The notes beneath the pieces are model-generated. The model searched no databases and was not told the origin of the DNA. It worked only from the letters and a program-made list of their open reading frames with translations. Below are positions 24,261-37,075 of a stretch of 64,000 nt of DNA, one piece after another. The stretch spans positions 1,618,941 through 1,682,940 of the forward strand of contig MU058844.1 of NCBI GenBank assembly GCA_013265495.1, read 5' to 3'. This stretch comes from Vicugna vicugna. Taxonomy: Eukaryota. The position numbers were made by a program, and so were the translations under genes. Each line of letters begins with the position of its first letter. Position 1 is the first letter of the stretch.

Positions 24261-26369
24261 CTTTTAGCAAATTTAAATCTTAGTCAAGATAAAAGAGTAA
24301 CTCCCATCTTCCTAAAGGGTAAGTTATTTTCAGGGTTGGTTGCACGTTATAAAATAAAAGAGACATTGACAAAGAAATGCATGTGACTATTTTACTAGAG
24401 AAGGAAAATCTTGGCTATGTGAAGAAAATAATAAAGATTGCTAGGAATCATATATTGGTCTCATGCAAAGTAAAACCAAGGATTATATATCCAGCTTAAT
24501 TTCAACTTTATAATGATTTCCTTTAATTACTGTATAGGACCAAACAGGAAGATGCAGCAGTGTGAAATTAATACTGACAACACTGGGCTTGCCTGGGCTC
24601 TGCAGATTAACCAGCATTTTACTGCATCAATAAAGGAATGAGGAAATAAAATTAAAAACTGATAGTGAATGGAATTACTTATTTGAAGCTAGTGATTATG
24701 TCAAGCTGTCACTCCCACGGATGGATTAAGCACAGAAAGACAACCAGATAAATTATAAACCACTCTACGAAGCTCATATCCATCTAGTCCACAAGCTTGG
24801 TTACAATGGAAATCTGAAATCGACTTGGTCATGGCAGATTTAGGTTGCGTGTTTAGCATTTCATAGACTCCTAGCATCTTGAAGAGTAGAGATCAAAAAG
24901 ACCTTAGAGGTCATGTGAGATTAGATTTCACTTTTTGAAGCATTACACTGAATTATTTAATCTAAAATGGAAAAAATAAAGAGGTTTTCTTCCCTTTTTA
25001 AAAAAATCACTGAAATACAATTTAGAGAACAAGGAATAGTGCCAAATAGTATACCTATATCAAGTGGAACGTAGAAATTACCTTAAAGAATAGCAAGATT
25101 AGTTCTCTTCACTTTGAATAGACTGTGTTTACATAGGGTATAGATTTTATTTCAGTTTCCCTTTCCTTTTATTTAATTCTTTTTCTTTCCCCTTCTCTGT
25201 TATTCTCATTACCTCAACTCCTTTATAATCTAGATTCTTAGCTCACTCAAAAGTTGCCTTAAAATTGACTGGAGCACTGACCCCTTATTTGCCAACTGAT
25301 TTCTGGCCAAACTGTCTGATCATAGAGGGTCCTGGCTTTAGCAGAAAGAAGGCAGCATTTTTCTGTATAGGTAAAAGTAAAGAATCGTGGAATATTAGGG
25401 TTCACTGTGATCTTAGAGAAGCTCTCCTCCTGTGTCTCTATCAAATTCTCCCTTGCTTGTGTTCCTCATACCTCACTATTGCAATGGAGACAGTCAAGCA
25501 TTAGGATTTTGCTAGAAGAGGCATCAATATTAGCCACAGGATTTTGTTTGTTTTGTAGCTGATCCTTTCTGAAGAGTATAGGATCTAAATACTTTTTTTA
25601 GGATGGAACTTTGATCACAAAGTATTGAAGCAGAATGGAATCTGGACCCTGAAGAAAAGGTAGAAAAGGAAAAAGTGAAGGAGATTATGGGACTCCAGGC
25701 ATACAACTAAAGATGGACTATCCATCGTTGGAGAAGTTACCTGGGTGGCCACACTGAGGATCAAGATTGATCTCTTTCAGGTAAGGACAAAATTCAGCCC
25801 CCGATTAGTCATTGGGGGCATAATGGCTAAATTTTAACAAATATGATGGAATGCAAAATCTTACTAGATAATATTTGTAAGCCTGCTTCACACAGCCAAC
25901 CCTTTCTGTTTGGCTAGGATTCCCAGTGGGAAAAAGAACATTATGACTGGAGTTTTTCTTTAAGAATTTGCTATCAAATAATTCCCCCATGTGAAATTCA
26001 TCATAGGAATTCTCTGACATCCCCCTTCAACAATCTCAAAACCTGGGGAAAAATCATCCAGTCTTCCAGTTAGAAGGGTTCCCTGGTCACGTAGGAAATG
26101 GCTGATATGATTTTGGGTTTGTCTCTTCATTCTCCATGACAAAGGCTTCACTGAAGCCTTTCAATGATAGAAAGTGATGGAGTTTTCGGTGATGGAGCTC
26201 TAATTGTTTTCCATTTTTTGCACAGTTTTATTGTCGAAGCATCCTTTCAAATGAAAAACTCTCTCCCCAGATGAGAAAGTGGAGCTAATCCAAGCCCCTA
26301 ATGGATTAAGTCTGACTTTTCTAAATGCTCTGTATACTTATACTGTATAGTAGCTAAGTCTCTTTAGTA

Positions 26370-26570
26370 CTTACTGTTCAAGAACTTTGCACTAAGCCCT
26401 CATAGTAATGCTAGGTACCATTATTATACTCATTTTATAGATGAGAAAGCCAAAGTATAGAAATATTAAGTATATCACCTAAGGTCACTTGGGATTTAAA
26501 TGAAAGAGCTGGTATTTGCACCCAGGCAGTCTTCTTACTAGAGCCCATGGCCTTACCCACTAGGCAAATG
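26370..26570 (-). mobile_element. MIR SINE
   Basis: cattttatagatgagaaagccaaag…aaggtcac…gagctggtatttgcacccaggcagtct. Confidence 0.8.
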
Positions 26571-28969
26571 ACTTTTGATCTAATGATGGAAAATATTTTT
26601 CTGTGCCTTCTCCATCCTCTGGATATCTCTGTTCTTCAAATAGAAAAGTGTCACTGGTTCTCTAGTTAGACCCAGGGTCTTTGATACACCCAAAAAGACA
26701 ATCTATATTTAGGCTTATTTCTTAGTGTCATTCAATAAATTAAATTGAATACAACTAAATATACTTCTTAGTTGGGTAGAGGATAAATGAAAGTCAATGG
26801 GAGACATACTTTGTGGAATAGGCAGCTTTAGAGCTTACAAGTGGTATGTTAACAGGTTTTTATTCAATGTCATTGTAAGAAATTGACCTCAGATGCTAGA
26901 AAATGGAACTGCTTATGGAAATCTCAGATTCATCCATACCAAGCATATATTTTTCACAGTTCTTTCCAGCTTGCCTCCCGCTTACTGTCAGAGCAATAAG
27001 AAAACATACAAATGGAGAAGAAATGTAAGCATTTTAAAGAGCATTCAAACACAACTGAGGGAGACAGATTTTTTTTTTTTAAGGCTTTTAACCTGTGCTT
27101 TCTGGGTTATCTAATGATAAACTAAAAAGACTAAAGAAAACTTTGTATGCAAAGGATCGACTTGTTTTCTATAGAAAAAAGAAGCTACTGCTTTCTCTTT
27201 CTCCCTCTCATATATAGCTCATTATTATCACCAATGCCTATTTCTATCATTCTGAAAATTATTTAAAAGAAGCAATTAGTACAACATATTAAAAATATAA
27301 GGAAAATGAAAACAGAGGCAGCCACCAGATGAAACAAATTAAATCAGGTGGTGAATCTTAAAAGCAATAACAACTTTTATTCAAAGCTAAAGGGATCATA
27401 ATGATAAAAGTAATATCAGAACCCTAAGGGGTTTCTTCAAACCCAATTACTGTTATGAATATTTATAGTAAATATATGTATGCCTTAAACTCAAGAGTTT
27501 CTTAAGAAACTAAACAATAGAGGGAAATTTAGTTGTTCCTTTCTTTTATACTTACCAGAAGTGCACTGGATAAGAGATAAAAATAAATAGTGTGTTCAGT
27601 ATGCATGGAATTTCCCTTGCAAAGAGTTGCCAGTTTAGGTGGTACAAGGCAACATTTTCTGTCTTGGGAATACTGTTGAACCTGATGGCGATGTTTGAGA
27701 ATTACTCTACATTTCTCATCCACTGATGAAGTATCTCTAAAACACAAATCTAAGACACACACATAAGAAACTAAGACCAAGTCTTTAAAATTCTAAGACA
27801 AAATAGAGCCTTATATGTATAACCAAAAAGTGAATCATTCCAATTATTAAAAACAAAAGTACACCTCAGAGTTTAATTTTTCATCATCTGGCAATCTTCG
27901 CTGTTAAACTCCAGTGTGGATAAAGTATGCTGAATAGGTACTAGCGTGTTTGGCTCATTGTCATTACTTAACTACCCATTTGAGGTTAGAGACTGATAAC
28001 TAATATCACTATTGGATGTAAAACATCATATCAGATACATTAAGGTTAGATTTTTATGTAAGACTTTTTTTTAGAGGGAAGGGAAATAAATGAGAACCCA
28101 CAATATGAAACTGAGAAGACATCTGTCACAGTGGCCAAGCCTCCAGTAAGCTGGATTAATGATTATGAATCTATTACTGTTGAAATATTACATAAAGCTG
28201 TGGGAATAGAAAGCTTTTCAAATTACACAGAGAGTAATCAACAGCCAACAGCAATAGCCCCCATGCTCTCACACCTGCTGCTTGCCTCCCATGGGAATAC
28301 GTGCATCTCCAAGCCTGGAATTATAGGCAAGACAGGAGTTTTCTTTCACTTTTAGTTTGACTTTCAAATTATAAAATAAACCATTGGTTAGCCAACCCCA
28401 CAAGAAGGGTGATAGGAACTATGCTATTAAGGCACCTTTGGTAGAGGCAGTGCTTTTTCCTCAACATCTCAAATCCAAGTACTAAAGCTTGCTCTCTGGT
28501 GATCTCTTTCTCTGTTCTCTCTCTACCACACAAATCACATGTTTTAAGAACACTCAAAGTTCTAAAAACTCACAATATATCTCAAGGAAAGAGAGAGTCA
28601 GAGGGAGATCTGGGAGGGATGGAGAGAGAGAGAGAGAAAATGGAAGAAGTGTGAAGAGTTTCTTTAGAAATTAGAATAAAATTCTAAAACAAACATTTTT
28701 GAATTTTGAGAATAGAAATTTTAGCTATTGTAAATCCAACTGTAGGTTCAGAATCTATTGACCCAAAATCATAAGCTACGGAGTGCTGGTTACTGTACCT
28801 GGTGGTCTGCACTGATTGTGAACAAAAGATGGAATGTCTGATTTCATGTCTCACACATAATGTACTGTCCACTCTTGAAAAGTATAGTCATTGATACTGA
28901 TTTGAGGTTAAGATATCTGAGCTTCCTTTATAACCTTTAGTCTCATTTGCATTCTATCCATACAAAAAT

Positions 28970-29282
28970 GATAGTTGGCACCACTTTAGCCTGCATAACA
29001 ACTTCATGTGGGGGAGGGAATAGCTCAGTGGTAGAGCGCATGTTTGGCATGCACAAGGTCCTGGGTTCAATCCCCGGCTTCTCCATTAAAATAAATAAAT
29101 AAATAAATAAATAACCTCCTGCCCCCACAAAACAACTTCATGTGAATTTGAAAAGGGTGCCTCCTCCTCAAGATGTGTTCTTATCACCTGCCATAAATAC
29201 ACAAATAAATTACGACCAGCATGTGAAATACCCCCGAGACCTGTGCAGCACACCCCTTGTACGACTATTTTGGTAGGCTGTG
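28970..29282 (-). mobile_element. MER91-like hAT fragment hosting the SINE
   Basis: gaatttgaaaagggtgcctcctcctc and cctgtgcagcacac…gactat resemble MER91. Confidence 0.4.
29011..29130 (+). mobile_element. Camelid-type tRNA-derived SINE (vic-1-like), young
   Basis: ggggagggaatagctcagtggtagagcgcatg…ggtcctgggttcaatcccc…(aaat)n. Perfect 14-bp TSD aacaacttcatgtg at 28997-29010 and 29131-29144. Confidence 0.95.
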
Positions 29283-30349
29283 TAGGACTGCTTCCCCATG
29301 ATTCTAGTCGGCTGGCTCTTGGCCACCCCACGCTAAACTGTATTCACCTGGGTACATCTTGATCTCCTGTTCTGATCCAGCCTGACATCTCCAGACACAC
29401 TAGTTTGCACATTAGTTGGCAACTCATACTAGTAGTGTTTGTGGTGCACATCTTCACTTATTTTTATACTTGCACTTTGGTTTTGATCCCATTCACTCCC
29501 TGACTCTTGACTACACCCCTTATTTAGGTCATTTTTTATAGAACGTTCATGATAGTAATCAAGCTGTATTTTACATGTCATACACACACATGTATACATG
29601 TGGATGGTCACATTTTGATATAAAACTGGTCAAAATCAGAATAAAGTTTCCTTTGAAAAATTATATATGTCAAAAGATGTTTGCAAATATTTTGCTGAAG
29701 AAGACTAGGAAATACTCCAACAGGAACACAGTGACATCCTTAGGTCTGGAAGGTAATTAAAGCAATTGTTATTTGGAGAAGGCATACTGCATACAAAAGG
29801 GAGAAAGTCAAGAATTTTCAGTGTTTATCCTACACTACCTAGTGGAAACTGCTCCCTTATCCTAGAGGTATGCCCTACTTACTTAGAAGTGTTCTTTCCT
29901 TAGAGAAAGGACAATTCATCTGACAATGATTATCTGATGTGATTGTGCCAGTTTTTAACAAGCAGCTGATCTATAACTTAGTCTCCCGAGAGGTCTTACA
30001 TCCAGGATCAGTTATGATTCTTCACTCAGGCCTATTTTTCACTGTATTAAATTGGGGCTAAAGTTTTTTTTTTTAAGCTGTCTCCTATGAGTTAGTTTAA
30101 TGTTAATTCCCTAGGATCTGAAATACTATATATAGATAAGTTGATCAAATATAGTTCTGTTCAGAAAACCTGACAGTCCGACCCAGATACACTTAAATGA
30201 TCCCAGGATACTACAGACCAGCATGGGGGACCTGTCTAGAGCAACTAGGAAGATTCTCTCTTGAATATTTGACATCTTAATGCCCCACTCTTGAGATAGA
30301 TGCCTATTAAAATATTTATTTGAAACTGGGGAAGCAATCACTCTACACG

Positions 30350-30853
30350 GTCACAGGTGTGGCTCCCAGTAACCATCCTGGTTCTGCATGGCTCACAACC
30401 ATCTAGTAGGTGGCTGAAGATAGAAGGTGGACAGAATTACACAGCTGCACACTGTTGATTGGAACAGGGGTTATCATATACCTCACTCTGTACAATTAAA
30501 GGTCCTTCTCCAGGAATTTGAAATTTGAACTGAGAGAATTTTAATTGTTTCTTTTGGCTGAGATTGTCAAGTTAGTTTGAAAGCCGTGAATGGTCACGTG
30601 TACCGGGAAGCAGAGAGAGAAAGAGAAATGCCAAAGCCAAGTAGAGATGCAAATATGAGAAACAGGATAAAAATCCTGTGATGCTCCTGATAGCTTTCCT
30701 CTTCTTGATTCTGGTCCTTTCACATGTCTGGACGTCACTCTACCCTTGGGGGCCACAAGACACTCCAGGAGCCTCACTGCCCTTTTTTTTTTTTTTTTTT
30801 GCTTAAGTTAATTTATGTTTTCAGTACTTACTACAAAAGTCTTAATTACTACA
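30350..30853 (+). mobile_element. Old MLT1 (K/L-like) LTR
   Basis: Ends ttttgcttaagttaatttatgttttcagtacttactacaaaagtcttaat. Internal gaagcagagaga…gagatg. Confidence 0.55.
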
Positions 30854-32244
30854 AGTCTATAATTCTACATGATCATCAATACACCTGATCTTCTTGCTCA
30901 TTAGCTTAGTCAATAGAATTCTTATTTTAATGAATCCCAAAGTCATCTGTATCCTAGGGCGAGTCACTTAACAAGAGTCTTAGTTTGAAGAATCGTGTGT
31001 AATACTTCATAGAGTTGCAAGAATGAAATGATTATATATACATATATATGAAATATGAACAACAGAACCAGACACACACAGAAAGCACCAAGTATACTTA
31101 AATTTTATAATTATTTACATTAATATGATTAACTATGATCTTTTCATGAGCTTTCTACAATAAAAAAACATTTGAAATGTTCTTTATACTTAGCTTAACT
31201 GGTATCTCCAAAATGGAGTTTTAGTTAGTACTTAGAAATACTCCATAGATTTATTCATTCATTAATTACTACGTTCATTCATTCAAGCAACAAGTTATTG
31301 GACACTTCTTATGTTCATGTATATTTCTTTTTGTAGAAAAATTACTATTCAGCTACTGTTTAGAAACAATCTTATTATATTGTTCAGTGTAGGATTTTAA
31401 TTAATAAGATACTTTCTCTTGAATTACATCTTATCTGCATTAATTATTCTTTGGCTTCAGAGAAAAAAACCTGATGTTCTTTGAAGATAATTCTGTAGTA
31501 TATAGCTAGATGTGAATGTTTGTTTAATAAGCAAAAGAGATACAAAAGTGAGTATATTTTAAGCTTTTATGATTACTCAGGTGACTGAATTACTGAGAGG
31601 ATGGACAGAATCCCACTAGGGATGCTTACACATGCCTTCATCCTGATCGTTCTCTAAAAAGAGGATTCTTTGATGCCCAACAGGCCCACTGAGTATTTGA
31701 GGCTTATTCAAAAGGTCACACTTTGGGGCAAGACTTCAGTCATATAGCCTGGATGGGCTAAAATACAAAGGAATGTAAAGTCTTCAAAGTTTGAGCTGTT
31801 ACTATAAGGATTTCTGGATTGATTTCTTAGATTTCTTTAACTTGAGAGTTCCATTTGGAAATGTCATTCTCAAGAGGGTTTCAACTGGACATGAAGTCAC
31901 CACCACCACACAAGATGTGTGTTGATGCCAACACACAACAAGAACCTGGCACGGACAAATGTCAATGAAAAACTTTCCTCTGAGCAGTTTGAGATGATAC
32001 TCCTAGAAACTATTGAAAACGTTACTGAAATCAACATTTGTCTCTCTGGTTCACTTAAGAGAGCTGAGAAGGTCAAGCTATTAAACCAAACCTGGGCACT
32101 ATAACATGATATCAGCAGTTTTTACCCCTCATAAGTTGCCACTGTAACATTTCTTTGAACGTTTTCTAGTTTAGGAGTTTCCAAGATTCAATCTTATGCT
32201 TTTCTACCCTAATGCCTTCTTCATTTCTTATCCTGTAGTTCTCA

Positions 32245-32645
32245 GCTCTATCAGATAAAAAATCTTTTTATAACAAATATTTTATAATATACCCTTTATT
32301 TTTCTGAAATGAAGTTAATCGATGACAAAACTACTAACAATGTCATTTTTAAAAATCTAATATCCTAGCTGTAACAATTTTAAGAAATGAAAGTAGTTTT
32401 ATTAAAATAATATGCACAACCACAGTAGAACATAAATGATTCCATCTGATGCCTGCACCTGGCTATCGAGAACGTACTTAAAAATTAAATAAGACAACTC
32501 TGTGCATTTGTAGGATACTTAGCATTCATTGTTTCCACTCACTAAATACCTTAGCACATTCATCATTGATACAACCAAAAAATGTCCTCCATAAAATTCT
32601 AGAACCCCCCTTAGTAGCAGTGCTACCCTCCTTGCTAACCATTAC
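32245..32645. mobile_element. hAT-Charlie (MER20B/Charlie-like) DNA transposon remnant
   Basis: tgtgcatttgtaggatacttagcat…cactaaatacc…acaaccaaaaaatgtcc…cccccttagtagcagt. Confidence 0.55.
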
Positions 32646-33649
32646 CATTACCATTTCTAAAAGGAAATTAAACCATAATTCCAAATGTCAGCAGTTAGTC
32701 AATAAAACAACTTTACTTATCAATATATATTGTGTATATTGTTGACTAATATCATATCACTATTTTTCAAAAATAAACTAACAATTCCCAGCTCTCCAAA
32801 ATGCAAAGACAATTATTTCTAAAGAGTTTTCATTTGTGATTTTTATTTGAGAAATTGACAATGGTTTCAGGCACAGAAACAGAGTAATTATAAGTATTGT
32901 TTTTTACGAAGTGCTAAACTCTATTGCAAGACTTTGAGAAATTATGCAAGTCTTGAGGTACCATTACAAGTTATGCAGGTTTTTAAAGGGTAAAAACTAT
33001 TAAATGGAAACACTGGTTTCCACCTGAAAGTTTCCATGCCTTGGTCTAGTCTTGTTTCAAGATAATCTTGGTGGTAAGAGCACCAGGACAGTCCACACAT
33101 GAAGAAAAATAATAATAATCCTGATAGAATAGAGTCCAAAGATTAGTTAAAGGAGACTTGTTCTAGGTGTCCAAGCAGTTGCTTTGCATTATAACCTGAA
33201 ACAATGGGGTATAAAGAGCAGTTTTAACTGTAAGTTTGAGAGATGTACATTCAGACTGTTTTCAGACTCTGATGTGGTTATGATTAAAAAAAAGCAGTTT
33301 CCCATCTTCTAGTTTAGATGGTTATGCTAATGCTTGTGTTTATATCAGTATCTCCACCTATAATTTAACTATCTATTTTTCTGTGGTAATACATGGGATA
33401 TTTTGGTGCCTGGAGTGAACAAAAATGACCCATTCATCAGAAGAGGTACAGGAACTGCCTTCGATCATACTGTCTTAACAGCTCCTAAATGTATTGCTAC
33501 TTGAATAAAAATTATGAAAAATATATACATATAATTTTCTAAATGAAAATTTGGTCACAATCAACTACAGTTTTAGAAGGCCCTGGACATTCCTCCTATT
33601 AGTCAGTTAACAAGATAGCCCAGTACGGAGAACAAGGGTCGCATAGAAA

Positions 33650-33882
33650 GGCAGTAAAATTATTGACTAAGCATTAATTTTGGACCTAGACTGCCTGCTT
33701 CCTAGCTGTGCTAACATAATATATGTATCTATTTTGAGATCTATTTTTTTTTTTGGTAAAATGGTGTAATATTAGTATCTCCCTCATAAGTGATCTAGAA
33801 CTGTAAGGAGCTTCCCATGTAAAGTGCTCAGACAGTGCCTACCACTGGATAAGCACTCTGTAAATACTACTGGTATTATTGC
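33650..33882 (+). mobile_element. MIR SINE
   Basis: agactgcctg…gtaaaatggtgtaatattagtatctccctcata…catgtaaagtgctcagacagtgcct. Confidence 0.8.
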
Positions 33883-34019
33883 TTGGCTCTTCAGTTCCAT
33901 CAGTTTTTATTTTTAGGTAAAATCCTGGGTGAAAAAAAGGAAAAGGTCTGAATGGAACACTGTTTAGGCCAGTTTGTGATCGCTCTGGTTGGAGTAGCAT
34001 ATTATCGTGTGTCCATGCC

Positions 34020-34741
34020 TGTTACCGACACTCATGTCTGGCTGCGTGCCGCTGGAACGCCAATATGAAGAGAGGCACGTGACGGTGGAAAGGAAAGTTT
34101 GCTTTATTTTGGAGGCCGGCATCTGGAGGAGGGGAAAGGGCAGACTTCTGTCCAAAGGCCACCTCCCTCTTCTGCCCTGGACAATCAGTGGGCGAGAGCT
34201 TTAAAAAGGGAGTTTCAGGGGTGCACAGGCGGAGGGAGGGGGCTACGTGAAGAACAGCACGGTCAGCTCTGGCAGTCATCTTGAAGTCATCATGCAGTGG
34301 TCTGATCAGCGTCATCTCAATTGTTTTAAGTACAGTTCATCTTTAGTTCCAGGGTCGGTTTGTTCCCATTTCCTTGAGGCCAATTCTCAGAATCATGACA
34401 GCTTATGTCATGGCTACCGTCTGGTCATCATGTAGTTAACTTCCTCCACCTGGCAGGGGTTTCTGTATCTACAAAACAGCTCAGGAGATATGGCTCAGAA
34501 TATTATCTATAGCCTTTGAGGACAAACTAAAGGTCCCTGACTTTGTTTAATGACTTAACTATTATTATCTTGTTTTGCTTGACTATTTCCCTTTGTTTCT
34601 GTATTTTCTTATTTCTATGATTAAACTTATTCTTTTACTACAATCTTTCCACAGACAAGAGGCTGGCAGAGGACATGGTGGGATGGTCTGTCCTGGGATG
34701 GCCTGTCCTGGGAAGGCCCCATAGGGTCCTGCTCTGTTTCA
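34020..34741 (-). mobile_element. ERV1-class solo LTR (about 720 bp)
   Basis: TG…CA termini and 4-bp TSD tgcc/tgtc. Minus-strand AATAAA near 34104-34109 and TATA-like element near 34200. Locally elevated CpG. Confidence 0.85.
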
Positions 34742-37004
34742 TGTCTATTTAAGATTTAGATCAACACAGCATGTAAAACAGATCTGTAAACTGGTTCTGA
34801 AAAGTGGTAAATCTCTTTTCAGAAAGATTCAGTGGTTGCTCTAGTGATTTATGGTAGGATTAAGGTCTAATGGGACTATTTCTGAGTTGGTCCTGGGAAA
34901 GGAGCAAAGGCCAAATCTATGGTCCATTGGGTAATGCTGATCTCTGATATCATGTGGTAAAAATAGCTCTTTCACCCAAGATTTTATCACCTATAGCTTT
35001 GCTTTCCTGATCCCTAATCCTATATTCCATGTAGCTACTTGGAAAACATATGCTTGCAAATTAGTTACTCTAAAACAAGACAGTGGTCTGTTAGACCAGT
35101 TTACTTAGGTTCGCATAATATGAGTTGAACAAGTTTAAGTTTCAGCTGAGTTAAAGCATGTAGTTTATCTCTTTGTACCTTAATGGCATGAATTTTATGG
35201 ATTTTATTTGGAGAAATTATTTATTGGTGGTCATGGAACTATTTGAAGTTGATAAAAAAACAAGCGGCAAAAAAACTTTACCTTTAAACTTGAATCAAAT
35301 GAGTTTAATTTGCATGCAACCAAAGTCCTGAAGATTGTGCACTGCATGCAGCAGCTTTGCCTGACATCAAAGACACTAGAGATCAAAACAAAATCAAGTT
35401 CTGAGGAAGCGATTCTCTTATTCTCCTTCTTAATAAGCATGATTTTGTTTTCTCTGTTGGTGTTGGTCATTTCAAGGCAATATCAAAGTCCATGAACACA
35501 CACAGTGTTTGAGTGACTCCATCTTAACCTCAGAGGTAAGAGTGGTAGTTAATGAAACTGTGGAAACTCTGACATTTGAGGAAGAGCCTGTGATTAGAAC
35601 CTGAAAACCTGAAGCAGAGAGTGAAGGACCTTTGTTTTGTTTCAGTCTCCCTCTTGCAGGGAAGTGCAATCACTGTCACCAGATTGGATTTATGTTGCAG
35701 CATTTCCCCTTCGTTTCCAATGTTTTCGTATGCAATCAATGTGAAGATTGTTGACTGTCCTTGTTAAGACTGCCTGAGCCGTAGACAATAAGCTTTTCCA
35801 TGTCCTGTCATCTGTTGGATAGGATTGTCCCAGTCTTGTTGCTTTTAATTCTCAGGGAAGGAAAATTTAGAGCCAATCAAACTATAAAACACTGACTGTG
35901 TTAAAACCAGGCCAGGGTTGCTTAAGCAGTGCTAACACTTTCAAAGATCATTTTTTGTGACAAAGATTGAAAGGAGTATAGAAAATAGCACAACGGGCTT
36001 CAATTCAAGTGACAAAAGGAAATTATACAAAGTTTAATCCATTCCCATTACAGTCTCAAGATTGTAATCTCCTTGGATGCTGAGCCTAGAGAAGATTTTT
36101 TTCCCTACAATGTGCATCATCAAGTCGCTTTAGAAGTGGTGCTATGGGCCGAAGGGAGGTGGCACAAGTTATATAACATGCAATTTAAGATAATGGCCTT
36201 TGAAAAGGAGAAATTAATATAAACAGACGAGGCCAACAAAGCTTCAGTCATCTAGAAGGTAGTTTCAATCACCACTGACATTAAACAATATCACCCCCAC
36301 TGAGTCTACACTATGTTTATTATCATTTAATTTCTTGCCCAAATCGGCGCTTTCTTATCATGATGTTGCAGGAATAGCAAGCTCTATTATGACTACAATT
36401 GGTAAAAAAAAATTGCATTCATCTAAGTGAGTAACAAGATACAGAAATTGAGCTCTCTTTCTTAACCTTTTGTGACTTTAAATATTCTACCAAAAACATT
36501 AGCAAAAATGGAAGCTATAGCGTTTCCATAATTATCACAGCACTGTCTTTGTTCTTATAATGATAGAATCCATACTTTCAATTTGGAGTGCTTAATAATA
36601 GCAGCTGTCTTGTCTGCTCAACTGTGGGGTTTTAGGGCTCCCGTAATTATTCATTTTCACTCACTCGACAGTGGGTGTTTCCTTGAAATATTTCAGGCCA
36701 CATCAGAAGATAAAATTTTAAAATCCTTTGAAGCATTCTGCTCTATTCAACAATATTGAATTATGCATTAATAAACCAAATTTAATTGATTTGGAAGTGC
36801 ATAAGCCCTAATTAATACACCTCAATATTAACAACTGATTGCCACAAATCATCAGCCACACACAAATGCAGGCATGATTGTACTATTAATGGATGAAGGC
36901 CTCTTGGTCCCTAAAACCACACACTTTGCTTTTTTTCACCCTCTCCCTTGTTATTTCCTTCCGCATATTTTTGCTTCTTGTTTTCCTTCTCCTCTTTTTA
37001 TTTT

Positions 37005-37075
37005 TAAAAACATTTTATTTTGGACTAATTTTAGATTTACAGAAGAGTTGCATGGACAGTGCAGAGTCCGCCTTT
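37005..37075 (-). mobile_element. L1MB/MC extreme 3'-end fragment
   Basis: ttttattttggactaattttagatttacagaagagttgca. Confidence 0.65.

Noticed and set aside
29011..29085. tRNA gene
   Set aside because: It has A/B boxes but continues into an (AAAT)n tail and is flanked by a 14-bp TSD, so it is a SINE. The same applies to 23182-23317.
34020..34330. CpG island or gene promoter
   Set aside because: It is short and lies entirely within a solo LTR bounded by TG…CA and a TSD.
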